Shown here one piece after another: positions 55,254 to 64,000 of a DNA stretch of 64,000 nucleotides. The stretch's first letter is position 1; every line of letters starts with the position of its first letter. The notes under the pieces are model-generated. The model ran no database searches. It was not told the DNA's origin and saw only the letters and a list, made by a program, of their open reading frames with translations. Location: sequence record MN988522.1. One strand, 5' to 3'. Made by a program: the position numbers and the translations under genes.

Positions 55254-58200
55254 TTAAGAGATTGTAAGTCTGATATTACGAATTGCAGGAGCAGTTGTAA
55301 AGTCAGTCTTGTCTAGAGTTAATCTCAGTCGACTTGCGTTAGCAGCCAGACCTGTATACGTGTAGACTGAAGTCGTCCACTCGTTACCGATTTGAGTACT
55401 AGATACGAAAGTCATTGAGGCAAACGATGAGTTAGCCAACTGGACTGATGGTTGGAAGGTTGACCCTGTAGGAACATACTGATCGATAACGAGCTTGAGA
55501 GTCGCTGGCGTAGTAGATCCATTAGGAATGTCAAACTGACGAGAAGTATACGTACCAGGCTTAACAGGTGTTCCACCATATAAGCAGAGACCCTTTCCGA
55601 TAATCGGAGACTTGTTAGTAGATGATGAGATCATATCTACTTTAAGTAGAACCGTACCAGAAAGTGGGACTGTATAGAGAGGAATACCAGGAGTGATATC
55701 GTACTGAGTACCTGCTTGATCCTGAAGATAGAATCTTGCTGTTGTACTCTGAGGAACCGTAATCGTCTCGTCTGATAGAACCCAATCAGAGATTGAGGTC
55801 AATCCTGTTAGAGTTAGAAGTGTAGCTGTCGAAGTTCCACTAGTGTAGACAGCTTTTCTCAGAATCATCGTCAAGTCAGAGTCCTGGAATGCAGTCCATG
55901 TAGACTCGTTAGCCGAGACCTGGAATACACCACCATAAGGCTGCTGAGTGACACGCTTCTGAGTAAGCATATCATTGTAACCGAGTTTAGCAATACCTAC
56001 TGAACCAGCAGGTTGAGATGTAAGTACAACAAGTGCCTTTTCATCACCTCGGGATACAGGAATTGGAGACTCGAATGAAATCTTATTCCAACCTGCTACA
56101 ACACTAGCTTTCTTAATACGACCAGACTCTGACTGCGTAGCAGATAAAGGAATACCGTATTCAGCTTCTGCTACCTTGGTAACGATATCGTCATCTGGCA
56201 GCTCTGTAACATACAGTGAAACTGATGTCAAGTCACCGTCATCTTCATCCAGAACGAATGTTTCAGCGATCGGATCGTAATAAACAACTTCAGTAGTAGC
56301 CGTCGTCATGACACGAAGGACCGCACTGGCAGTCGTATTACTTGACAGTCCTACACCTTTGATCTCGTAGTTGTTAGTAGGCGTACCTGCTGCAACTGAG
56401 AGGTTATAAGTGTAAGCACCGCTACCATCTGCTGTTACGTTCTGACTGATGGAACGATACGTAATATGAATCGTTTCACCTGGAGCAAATCCTAAGAATC
56501 GAGCCTGAACAGTTTCTGTCGTGATCGTACTAGTCTTAGTCTGAGACGTCAACGGAGTTGAGAACAGATCACGAATTGTATTCCAGACGTTCTTCTTCCA
56601 AGATCCTGTAGCAGATGGAATTGTACGATACTGATACCAGATCGTAGTCTGCGTGATATTGGATGGAGTTAACTGGAGCTGACCAATAGGAGGTGCACCT
56701 GCAACTGCATAAGGATTGATCTTCTGACTAGTCGTAACTTGTGTCTGACTAATTACATCAGTTTCCGTGAATGGAAGAGTTGTAGTAGCAGATGTAACAC
56801 CAAGTCTGTTGTATGTTGAATCAAGAATCAGAGATTCAAGATACAGAATCATATTGTTAGTAAGACCTAGGTCTTGCTTAACATTCGACTTCAAGTTATC
56901 AACGAACAGATTTCTCTTGTTAGTTGTCGGATCTGTTGAACGTGCACTATCCATTAGCGATAGAGTTGCAACATTATCTTCAACTGAGAAGAGTCTTGAT
57001 TTCAGACTATTCAATTCTGACTGCGGAATATTAGTAACGGTATCTGCAGTAATTACAGGATTCGAACCATTGATCAATTCGATCGTGAACAGTGAAAGAG
57101 CATTGCTCAGATACTGCGGAGGATTATAAGTTGTATAACCTGGAGTACCTCTACTGATAACGAACTGCTTGTTCTCAGTAATACTGAGACGATCAATACG
57201 TTTCAAGAAGTAGTCGTAGTCAACGTAGAACACACTACCATTAACAAGAACGTTACTTGAATCAAGAACGACTCCTAGACCGTCACCTGAAATCGTAGGT
57301 ACGAACGTCGAGATGTAAGTATAAGTTACAGTGTAGGTTGAACCTGGAGCAGGTTCAGCACCACCTGGAGACCAGTTAATACTATCACCTGATACAATGT
57401 AATCTGTGTTTACAACGTAAGTCGTACCACCTTGTGTAACGGATGATACTGCAAGAACTGGAGTATCTGGCAGTACGTCAATCGCTCCTGAGAAGCTACC
57501 GTGCGTAATCGTACGAGTTACAGACTTAGTACCTTGAATACGAGTTACTGTATTGATCTTATTGTATCGAAGATTGTACGTTGCACTACCTGTGTAGGTA
57601 TATGGTTCACCAGCTACTGCACGATTGTCAACAACAGGGTCGAATAGAACCTTCTGCTGAGTTTCAATGATAACTGGTACACCATTCACACGAGCTTTAC
57701 CAGAACTGATATTAACAATCGCAGAATTACTACCATCGAATGAGTCAAACGATGCACTCATACCATAAAGAACAGTACTACCACGAGTTTCTCTATCGTA
57801 CTGGTTAAGAAGCTTATTCATAACCAAGGATACATCATCAGTCTGACGAGAGATCGTCTGAATGACACCATCAACAATAGTGATAATCGGGAAGAATACT
57901 TCATCACCGGTTAGCTCACCTTGTGCGATCCATCTTGCAGACATCTTCTCGCGCATAGCACCTGGCTGACCTACGTTAGGAGATGCAGGATCTGGCTCGA
58001 GAATGAGAGGATCTTCAAGTTCAGTGATGAGAACAGTCTTAGCAGCAACACCTACAACGTAGGTGCCAGTTGCAGTAATCGGAACTACTCGAGTAGGTAC
58101 TTGAGCGGTTACACCATCAAGATATACCGTAGCATTCTTAAGAGTGATACCTGTAGTTGTAACAGCTTCAACTTCACCACCAGTAAGAATGCTACCGTTA

Positions 58201-58364
58201 GTGACAAGCTGAGTTAGAATGAGCTTTAGATCGTTTCTAATCGACTCCTGAATTTCATTCAATTCAGCTGCTTGTAGACCACTACCTGCAAGGAATAGAA
58301 GACGACTATAATTCTTAGTCGCATCAAATCTATTAAAATATGCGTTAGGAGGCGTATATGTCAT
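55254..58364 (-). CDS. large baseplate/tail protein (DUF4815-like)
   Basis: YFNRFD..YSRLLF..GLQAAELNEIQ; FVDNL; DPIAETF. Confidence 0.78.
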   Translation of the reverse strand: MTYTPPNAYFNRFDATKNYSRLLFLAGSGLQAAELNEIQESIRNDLKLILTQLVTNGSILTGGEVEAVTTTGITLKNATVYLDGVTAQVPTRVVPITATGTYVVGVAAKTVLITELEDPLILEPDPASPNVGQPGAMREKMSARWIAQGELTGDEVFFPIITIVDGVIQTISRQTDDVSLVMNKLLNQYDRETRGSTVLYGMSASFDSFDGSNSAIVNISSGKARVNGVPVIIETQQKVLFDPVVDNRAVAGEPYTYTGSATYNLRYNKINTVTRIQGTKSVTRTITHGSFSGAIDVLPDTPVLAVSSVTQGGTTYVVNTDYIVSGDSINWSPGGAEPAPGSTYTVTYTYISTFVPTISGDGLGVVLDSSNVLVNGSVFYVDYDYFLKRIDRLSITENKQFVISRGTPGYTTYNPPQYLSNALSLFTIELINGSNPVITADTVTNIPQSELNSLKSRLFSVEDNVATLSLMDSARSTDPTTNKRNLFVDNLKSNVKQDLGLTNNMILYLESLILDSTYNRLGVTSATTTLPFTETDVISQTQVTTSQKINPYAVAGAPPIGQLQLTPSNITQTTIWYQYRTIPSATGSWKKNVWNTIRDLFSTPLTSQTKTSTITTETVQARFLGFAPGETIHITYRSISQNVTADGSGAYTYNLSVAAGTPTNNYEIKGVGLSSNTTASAVLRVMTTATTEVVYYDPIAETFVLDEDDGDLTSVSLYVTELPDDDIVTKVAEAEYGIPLSATQSESGRIKKASVVAGWNKISFESPIPVSRGDEKALVVLTSQPAGSVGIAKLGYNDMLTQKRVTQQPYGGVFQVSANESTWTAFQDSDLTMILRKAVYTSGTSTATLLTLTGLTSISDWVLSDETITVPQSTTARFYLQDQAGTQYDITPGIPLYTVPLSGTVLLKVDMISSSTNKSPIIGKGLCLYGGTPVKPGTYTSRQFDIPNGSTTPATLKLVIDQYVPTGSTFQPSVQLANSSFASMTFVSSTQIGNEWTTSVYTYTGLAANASRLRLTLDKTDFTTAPAIRNIRLTIS

Positions 58365-58371
58365 TTTATCC

Positions 58372-59202
58372 TCAGAATGTCATAACTATTTCGTAGAACT
58401 CTCTAGTTGAAGAGTTTCTAATAATAGGAGAAACGTTCTCAATTGAAAGTAGTGAACCCTTATCGGAGACTTCACTTGGTATTAGGTATTGCTTATTCTC
58501 ATTACCTGCTGTAGGTACTGTACCAATAAATATACCGTATTGATAGATAGTATTATTAGGCGCATCTGTGAGATCGTAAGCAATATAAGCGTAGATATAT
58601 TTCGTCGGAGTTAATGACTCAGCCCATCGTCCCTGGTTTGTAACATACGCACCATTCACATCAGGTTTAACATACTTAACACTCATAACTTTTCTACGAC
58701 CAAGTTCTCTATAAAGACCTTCGTAGGTCAATAGAGGACTCGGAGGAGATGTAGTCCAAAGTGCAGAAGAAGTAGTGTTAACAGTCGGTATTGAAACAGT
58801 ACCGACTGTAACTGAACCGTTATCAATCCATTCAGCAGCAGTAACTGTTACAAGATACTTGTAATCATTTGATGCTGTTCTACCATAAACTTTGTAGGAT
58901 TTAGCACCAGATACTGCACTCCAAGTCAACTTGATTGAACTACCAACTGAACTTAGAGTGAATGCAATAGCAGAAGATCCCGTAGTTTCTCCAGCATCTG
59001 TCGTACAAGTAACCTTGTAAGTATAACTTCCCAGAGGAAGCGTTCCTGCAACAGCTGATAGTGTGGCAGCTCCACTTGTCGGAGGGTCCATGTAAGGAGG
59101 GATATCTCCCCATGCAAGGTACAGTTGCTGATCTTTAATCGATTTAGCGATCGCAACGTGACCTGTATTGGTTAGCACCATAAAAGCCATAATTAACTCC
59201 AA
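58372..59202 (-). CDS. baseplate structural protein
   Basis: LTNTGHVAIA..LYLAWG..ELGRRK; wedge-cluster context. Confidence 0.6.
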   Translation of the reverse strand: MELIMAFMVLTNTGHVAIAKSIKDQQLYLAWGDIPPYMDPPTSGAATLSAVAGTLPLGSYTYKVTCTTDAGETTGSSAIAFTLSSVGSSIKLTWSAVSGAKSYKVYGRTASNDYKYLVTVTAAEWIDNGSVTVGTVSIPTVNTTSSALWTTSPPSPLLTYEGLYRELGRRKVMSVKYVKPDVNGAYVTNQGRWAESLTPTKYIYAYIAYDLTDAPNNTIYQYGIFIGTVPTAGNENKQYLIPSEVSDKGSLLSIENVSPIIRNSSTREFYEIVMTF

Positions 59203-60381
59203 TTATAGAACAGTAAGATAGATACTGTTGAACTTCTTACCAAAATTCAAGGTACCTCCACTGCTCTGATCGCCAGCGAGTGTAGGTGTTGTAATCGCAT
59301 CTACATCTGCACTAATACCATGTCGATACATCGCGATGTGATTAGTTCTTAAAGTTTCAGCTCTATCTAGCATCGACTTACCGAGTACGAAGTTATGCGA
59401 AAGTGATTTATCTTGCCATGAATAATTTATGTTACCATCAAGTGGTCTTAGATCCTGGTCAAGCTTACTTTCATCAAGTGTGAAAGCATAGATATTATGA
59501 CGTCTACGTCTGATATCGAATGCGAACGAGTCGTCTATAACAAGATCGTGAGATGTAATACGACCAGTTGTTGTCTGGAACATATAATAATCTTCACGGA
59601 CGAATCTGTCCAGAATAAGATTAACGTCAAGCAGATTAGGTCTGAATCTATCGTAAACAAGATCCGACGATATCTGGTGACCTCTGATGGTCTCAATCTT
59701 GATTTCAGAATAATCGTAAATCAGATCCGAGTCAAAAGTATTACATAGAAGTAGATTAATCGTATTTGAGGTCGAAGTTGATGTTGATCCATAAGGTCTG
59801 CTCAACTTACTCATATCAAGAGTAAAGTCTCTTGACAGACGATGCATACCTAGAGATACAACATTGTTAGAATAATCGACTGATTCATCATAAACTCGAC
59901 AATTCGTAATACCTTGAAGAGTCAAGCATAGAGGAAAGATTTCTCTCGCGAAGTCTTCAAGAGTAAGAATCTGATCAAGTGTGATTCTTACCTCATTCTC
60001 GAATACGAGAGTAACGTCTGTACAACCATTCTCTGACTTAACATAGATTATGTTCTTAGGTTGGAGATTCAATAGTCTCAAGACTAATTGAAATCCTTCT
60101 TCAGTACCTTTGATATTAGCCAAGTCTGACATAATCATCGAAACTGATGTTTCGTCGACATTGCCAGAAAGTAGCTTACCTAGAGTACTGGAACCTAAAA
60201 ACTTAAGAATCTGCTGAGCATCGTAGTGTTCGGATGCTGGATTGTACAGATTCTTGATCTTGTTAATTTCTGGAGATACTGTATCATTGATAACCTTATC
60301 GAGAACGTTCGTTACGTTCTCGTAAAGTGGATACTCTCGCAGATTAGGTGGTAAGTAATTAATACTTTTCATCATATTCAT
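59203..60381 (-). CDS. baseplate wedge protein (gp7-like position)
   Basis: YLPPNLR..KGTEEG..VLRLL; follows gp6-like gene. Confidence 0.55.
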   Translation of the reverse strand: MNMMKSINYLPPNLREYPLYENVTNVLDKVINDTVSPEINKIKNLYNPASEHYDAQQILKFLGSSTLGKLLSGNVDETSVSMIMSDLANIKGTEEGFQLVLRLLNLQPKNIIYVKSENGCTDVTLVFENEVRITLDQILTLEDFAREIFPLCLTLQGITNCRVYDESVDYSNNVVSLGMHRLSRDFTLDMSKLSRPYGSTSTSTSNTINLLLCNTFDSDLIYDYSEIKIETIRGHQISSDLVYDRFRPNLLDVNLILDRFVREDYYMFQTTTGRITSHDLVIDDSFAFDIRRRRHNIYAFTLDESKLDQDLRPLDGNINYSWQDKSLSHNFVLGKSMLDRAETLRTNHIAMYRHGISADVDAITTPTLAGDQSSGGTLNFGKKFNSIYLTVL

Positions 60382-61748
60382 TAGCTATATCCTAAATCAG
60401 GATCAGTACCTGAAACATCCAGTGTATTGATATCAAGAGAATACTGGATATCATAGCTGTTGATTTTAAAGTATTGATTATAGTTTGCACGCTTGTCTGC
60501 GATCGGATACTTAGGATAAACTCTCTTGACTCCAGGTAGATCCATAGCGATCAAACCTGAGACTGAGAAGATTCCACCTAACTTGTATTCCATTGATTGG
60601 AAGTAAGACTTAATAAGAGCATCTACTTCAACACTGTCTGCAATTGTACTGAGTACGACTAGTACCTTGATATTGACACCTAGTTCAACAGGATCTTGAA
60701 GAACAATATTCGTACCTAGAACTTTATGTTTATCTAAGTACGCATAAAATTGATCTTTCTCGTAACTGAGAAGATGTCTTTTCTGGTCTGTAACGTATGC
60801 GAGATCAACAGTACAACACGTATTTTGTCTCTTCACTGCATAACTTGAGATGATACCTGCATAAGATAGCGAGATGCTATTATAGTCCGCTAGTGTAATT
60901 AGACGTCTTTTAGTCGTGAAGTATCCTGGAGCGACTGATTTCAGTTTCTCGAGACTGTCTTCATTAGATCCATAAGAGAGAATTGTACCAGATAAGACTT
61001 CACCAGCATTGAATGTCAACTGAGATAGATCCAAACTCAGATCTTCAGTAGCTGCTCCAGGTTGAATGTATTCAACTTTAACGATATCGCCATTGTTAAG
61101 TTTCATCCCTAGATCGTCATCACCAAAGATGAAGTAGGTACCTGCCGTATAAGTTCTTTCTAGAACATCAGCATCAACTAGCTCTTCAGCATTTCGTACA
61201 ACAGTTACAAGTTCGTCATTTACCATGACGTTGTAGAGATTGTTGTCAATGGTGTCTTCAACAAGAAATCGTTCGAATACTTTCGTACTTGTAGAAGTGA
61301 ATTGTACTGACTTCCAGAGACCAATAACTACATCAACAGTATTCTGACCAGCAACAAATCCTGTATCAGATAGAATCGAAAGAAACTCACCTCGATAGTT
61401 ACCGATCGGAGTCTCTTTGGTCCACTGAACAGGATTAGTTAATGTGAATGTAATTCTGAATCTAGGTGCTGCCATTCTATTGACATTGTAACCTAGAGTC
61501 GTTGACAATCCTACTACTGAAGATCGTAGTCGAGCAGTATCAATGTAGGCCTCTCTACGATTAGCAGATGCCATGTAGCTCAAGAATGATCCAAGACCTG
61601 CAGCGAGTTCGATGGTGGTCATACCAGCACCACCCTCGTAGAAGTCTTTCCATCTTCTCTGGTAGTCGTTCAGTGACTGAACATATGTCTTCAAGTCGTT
61701 TCTGATAGACTCAAAGGAGATTGAAGTAGGATTGATAATATTACTCAT
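60381..61748 (-). CDS. baseplate wedge protein, T4 gp6-like
   Basis: SFESIRNDLKTYVQ..WKDF.EG..IELAA..EAYIDTARLRSSV; RLITLADY. Confidence 0.85.
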   Translation of the reverse strand: MSNIINPTSISFESIRNDLKTYVQSLNDYQRRWKDFYEGGAGMTTIELAAGLGSFLSYMASANRREAYIDTARLRSSVVGLSTTLGYNVNRMAAPRFRITFTLTNPVQWTKETPIGNYRGEFLSILSDTGFVAGQNTVDVVIGLWKSVQFTSTSTKVFERFLVEDTIDNNLYNVMVNDELVTVVRNAEELVDADVLERTYTAGTYFIFGDDDLGMKLNNGDIVKVEYIQPGAATEDLSLDLSQLTFNAGEVLSGTILSYGSNEDSLEKLKSVAPGYFTTKRRLITLADYNSISLSYAGIISSYAVKRQNTCCTVDLAYVTDQKRHLLSYEKDQFYAYLDKHKVLGTNIVLQDPVELGVNIKVLVVLSTIADSVEVDALIKSYFQSMEYKLGGIFSVSGLIAMDLPGVKRVYPKYPIADKRANYNQYFKINSYDIQYSLDINTLDVSGTDPDLGYS

Positions 61749-62113
61749 TTGGACAGTCCTATGACTTGTTCAAATCTATCGTCTCCTAGTCCGACGACCT
61801 CAAATACAAGATATACTCGATAGATATGATTATCGTAATCCGGATCAACACTAGATCTTGATGTGTCCAGAATTACTCTAGGCTCCCATCTGTAGATAGC
61901 TTCGACGATTTCGTTATACATCTGAAACGCGAGAGCTTCAGTCATAGGTTCGAAAAGTAAGTCTTCCAGATTAGATCCGAAGTCTGCTAGGAATAGTCTC
62001 GTATTTTTACTCGTGGTTAGGATCGATATGATTGATTGTTTGATCGAATCAATATCGTAAACGTAATTAGATTTCAACGATTGATTGATATCGGAGTAAA
62101 CATAATACTGCAT
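61745..62113 (-). CDS. baseplate wedge subunit, T4 gp25-like
   Basis: YSDI..DSIKQSI..T..TRLFLADFGS..LLFEP..WEPRV. Confidence 0.88.
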   Translation of the reverse strand: MQYYVYSDINQSLKSNYVYDIDSIKQSIISILTTSKNTRLFLADFGSNLEDLLFEPMTEALAFQMYNEIVEAIYRWEPRVILDTSRSSVDPDYDNHIYRVYLVFEVVGLGDDRFEQVIGLSK

Positions 62114-62114
62114 G

Positions 62115-62720
62115 TCAATTCAGATTAATCTTATCACCAGTAACATTGATTTCTCCATTACTGGTAACATTAATCTCTCCCTCTGCACTAATGTTAATCG
62201 TACCTTTGAGACTGAGACTCAAGGAGCCATCCTTCTCAATTTTCATATTCAACTTAGGCTCGTCAGACGATTGAGTAGAAGACCCTTCATCTTCTTCAGT
62301 AGCCATGTGGATGTACTCTGCAGTACCTTTCTTCTTATTCTGTCGATAGACATTACCAGAAGTATCTCTCCAACCATAGCTCTCAGGATAATCTTCGTCG
62401 AAATCTCCTGTAGACTCTTTCTCACTCTGCCAATGACCTGAGTAGAATGGCTGATAAACATTACCATGAGGAAAGGTAACAGATAGATGTGATCCAATCA
62501 CTGGCACACTAAACTGACTACCTTTTCCAGACCCTCCTTGGAAGGTAGGTTGATTAGGATAAACCCATGGAAGGTCTTCAGTATTACCTTTGTAAATACC
62601 ATCAATCGTGACTTTAACTCGACCTAGCTTCTTAGGGTCTTTGTTGTCAACAACAGTACCCTTCTGAGGCTTATTCAAATTATTAGTCTTGCTCATCCAC
62701 TCTGCTGGTTTTAGAAGCAT
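62115..62720 (-). CDS. baseplate central spike, gp5/VgrG-like OB-fold
   Basis: GTVVDNKDPKKLGRVKV..LPW..VP.IGS.LSVTF. Confidence 0.8.
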   Translation of the reverse strand: MLLKPAEWMSKTNNLNKPQKGTVVDNKDPKKLGRVKVTIDGIYKGNTEDLPWVYPNQPTFQGGSGKGSQFSVPVIGSHLSVTFPHGNVYQPFYSGHWQSEKESTGDFDEDYPESYGWRDTSGNVYRQNKKKGTAEYIHMATEEDEGSSTQSSDEPKLNMKIEKDGSLSLSLKGTINISAEGEINVTSNGEINVTGDKINLN

Positions 62721-63844
62721 TAATTATTTCCTACTGCACCGTTCATAGCTTCACGATTCAATACGAGATTAGTTTTGAATGAATAATCTTCGATGATTCT
62801 AGCTACTTTAGATACAATCCAGTAACCTGAATAGTTCTCTGAACTGTATTCACGAGTGGTAGGACCGTCTGTGAATTTAACTAGATCGAGAGCACGTACT
62901 GGAAAGAATCTATTTGAACAATTGACGGTCAACTTATTGCTACTGAAAGTAGCAAGATTAGCTAGATTGTTAGATTTAGCTTCATGGAATTTCTTATTAG
63001 TATTCTCATTAAGAATCAGATTCTCACCTGTTCTAAGAAGAGCACTAGCCGACTGTTCAAGACTTGATCCCATCGACATTACTTGAGATACGACTGAACT
63101 GAATAGAGAAAGAAGTCCTCCGTCGAGATCAATAACATTGTTAGATCTGGAGTAACCTTGCCAATAGTTCATAAATCCTGTATCTGCTTCAATTACATAA
63201 TTGGTATCGTAATAGATCGTATTCGGACCTTCATTACGATTTGACAGAATGAATTTAGGACTACCTGCCATAACATTTTCGATAGATCGTAATCTGAATC
63301 TTCCATCTGAAGTAATTGCGACCATAGGAAAATTCTTAGATCCTAAGTCGGATCTCGTCCACAATTCATTAACGAATGACTTATCTGTGATACTATGTTG
63401 GATCCAATTTTGGATATCTGAAGATGCTGAGATATCGAAATCTGGAATAAAGTGCTTGCTAACAATTTGACTCATTGTGGCAATAGCTGACTGCTTAGGG
63501 GTGACCATAACATCGGTACCAGTTAGGTATTCGATTCTATCGTACAACCCCTTCACAGTCATAATGTAACTCGAACCTGAACGTCTTGAAAGCTCTTTCT
63601 TCATAGGCTTCAATCTCATGTTCGATAGTTCTAAGGTATCTAATCCCATCGCAGCGTTGATGACAGATTTCTCATTCATATGAGAGATAACTTCGTCACT
63701 ATCAGACTCGAATGTCAACTCGAAAGTTGGTAAAGTATTACCAGCTTCTTCGACAACCATGAATCTCTTTAGATCTGAGTTACCGAGAAAGTTACGTCCA
63801 TTGATATCGAATGATGCGACATACTGACCTTTAACACCTATCAT
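62720..63844 (-). CDS. baseplate hub protein (gp27/VgrG-N-like)
   Basis: 374 aa directly upstream of the gp5-like gene; SGYWIVSKV. Confidence 0.6.
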   Translation of the reverse strand: MIGVKGQYVASFDINGRNFLGNSDLKRFMVVEEAGNTLPTFELTFESDSDEVISHMNEKSVINAAMGLDTLELSNMRLKPMKKELSRRSGSSYIMTVKGLYDRIEYLTGTDVMVTPKQSAIATMSQIVSKHFIPDFDISASSDIQNWIQHSITDKSFVNELWTRSDLGSKNFPMVAITSDGRFRLRSIENVMAGSPKFILSNRNEGPNTIYYDTNYVIEADTGFMNYWQGYSRSNNVIDLDGGLLSLFSSVVSQVMSMGSSLEQSASALLRTGENLILNENTNKKFHEAKSNNLANLATFSSNKLTVNCSNRFFPVRALDLVKFTDGPTTREYSSENYSGYWIVSKVARIIEDYSFKTNLVLNREAMNGAVGNN

Positions 63845-63854
63845 CTTAAGTCCT

Positions 63855-64000
63855 CTACGATGAAACTCCTGGCACTAGCGAGAAGTAGATATTCTCAAGC
63901 GTTGATACACTTGGATAACGGATAACTGTACCTGTAACAATATCCTCAGGATCTACAATATCGTTGTAGAGCATGAGGATCCACCAATACTGAGAATAAC
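63855..64000 (-). CDS. baseplate wedge protein, gp53-like (C-terminal part, truncated by window)
   Basis: Reads YSQYWWILMLYNDIVDPEDIVTGTVIRYP...stop. Confidence 0.7.
   Translation of the reverse strand, partial: YSQYWWILMLYNDIVDPEDIVTGTVIRYPSVSTLENIYFSLVPGVSS

Overview
A 64 kb segment of a very large, probably jumbo, myophage genome (T4-like baseplate genes; spanin-like genes imply a Gram-negative host; standard genetic code). Bases 1-35.4 kb are on the + strand. They carry a HExxH-peptidase/VWA gene pair and an SNase-like nuclease, then a ~13.5 kb RNA island (4.4-17.9 kb) with 21 tRNA/tRNA-like genes, four free-standing homing-endonuclease-type genes and several unexplained structured RNAs. 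The island ends in a tandem array of 7 Y-RNA-like elements plus 1 minimal one, directly upstream of a Ro60/TROVE gene. A replication/transcription cluster follows: NAD-dependent ligase, primase, Cas4-like nuclease, dCMP deaminase, DinG-like helicase, HD nucleotidase, UDG-fused family A DNA polymerase and an unsplit RNA polymerase beta' subunit. A bidirectional terminator at ~35.39 kb faces a - strand late region with candidate head-internal proteins, SGNH esterase and beta-helix receptor-binding proteins, a lysis cassette, tail fibres and baseplate genes (gp53-like, hub, gp5-like, gp25, gp6). Most notable: the Ro60 + Y-RNA array built from circularly permuted tRNA modules; a fixed-spacing intergenic motif AGCGAA-N13-AGCCTTCCT (6 copies, candidate phage promoter); a tandem pair of homologous unknown RNA folds; a shared N-terminal peptide on seven unrelated proteins; and a TTT-TAG +1 frameshift in a tail-fibre gene. 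All protein family calls come from recognising motifs by eye; no database searches were run.
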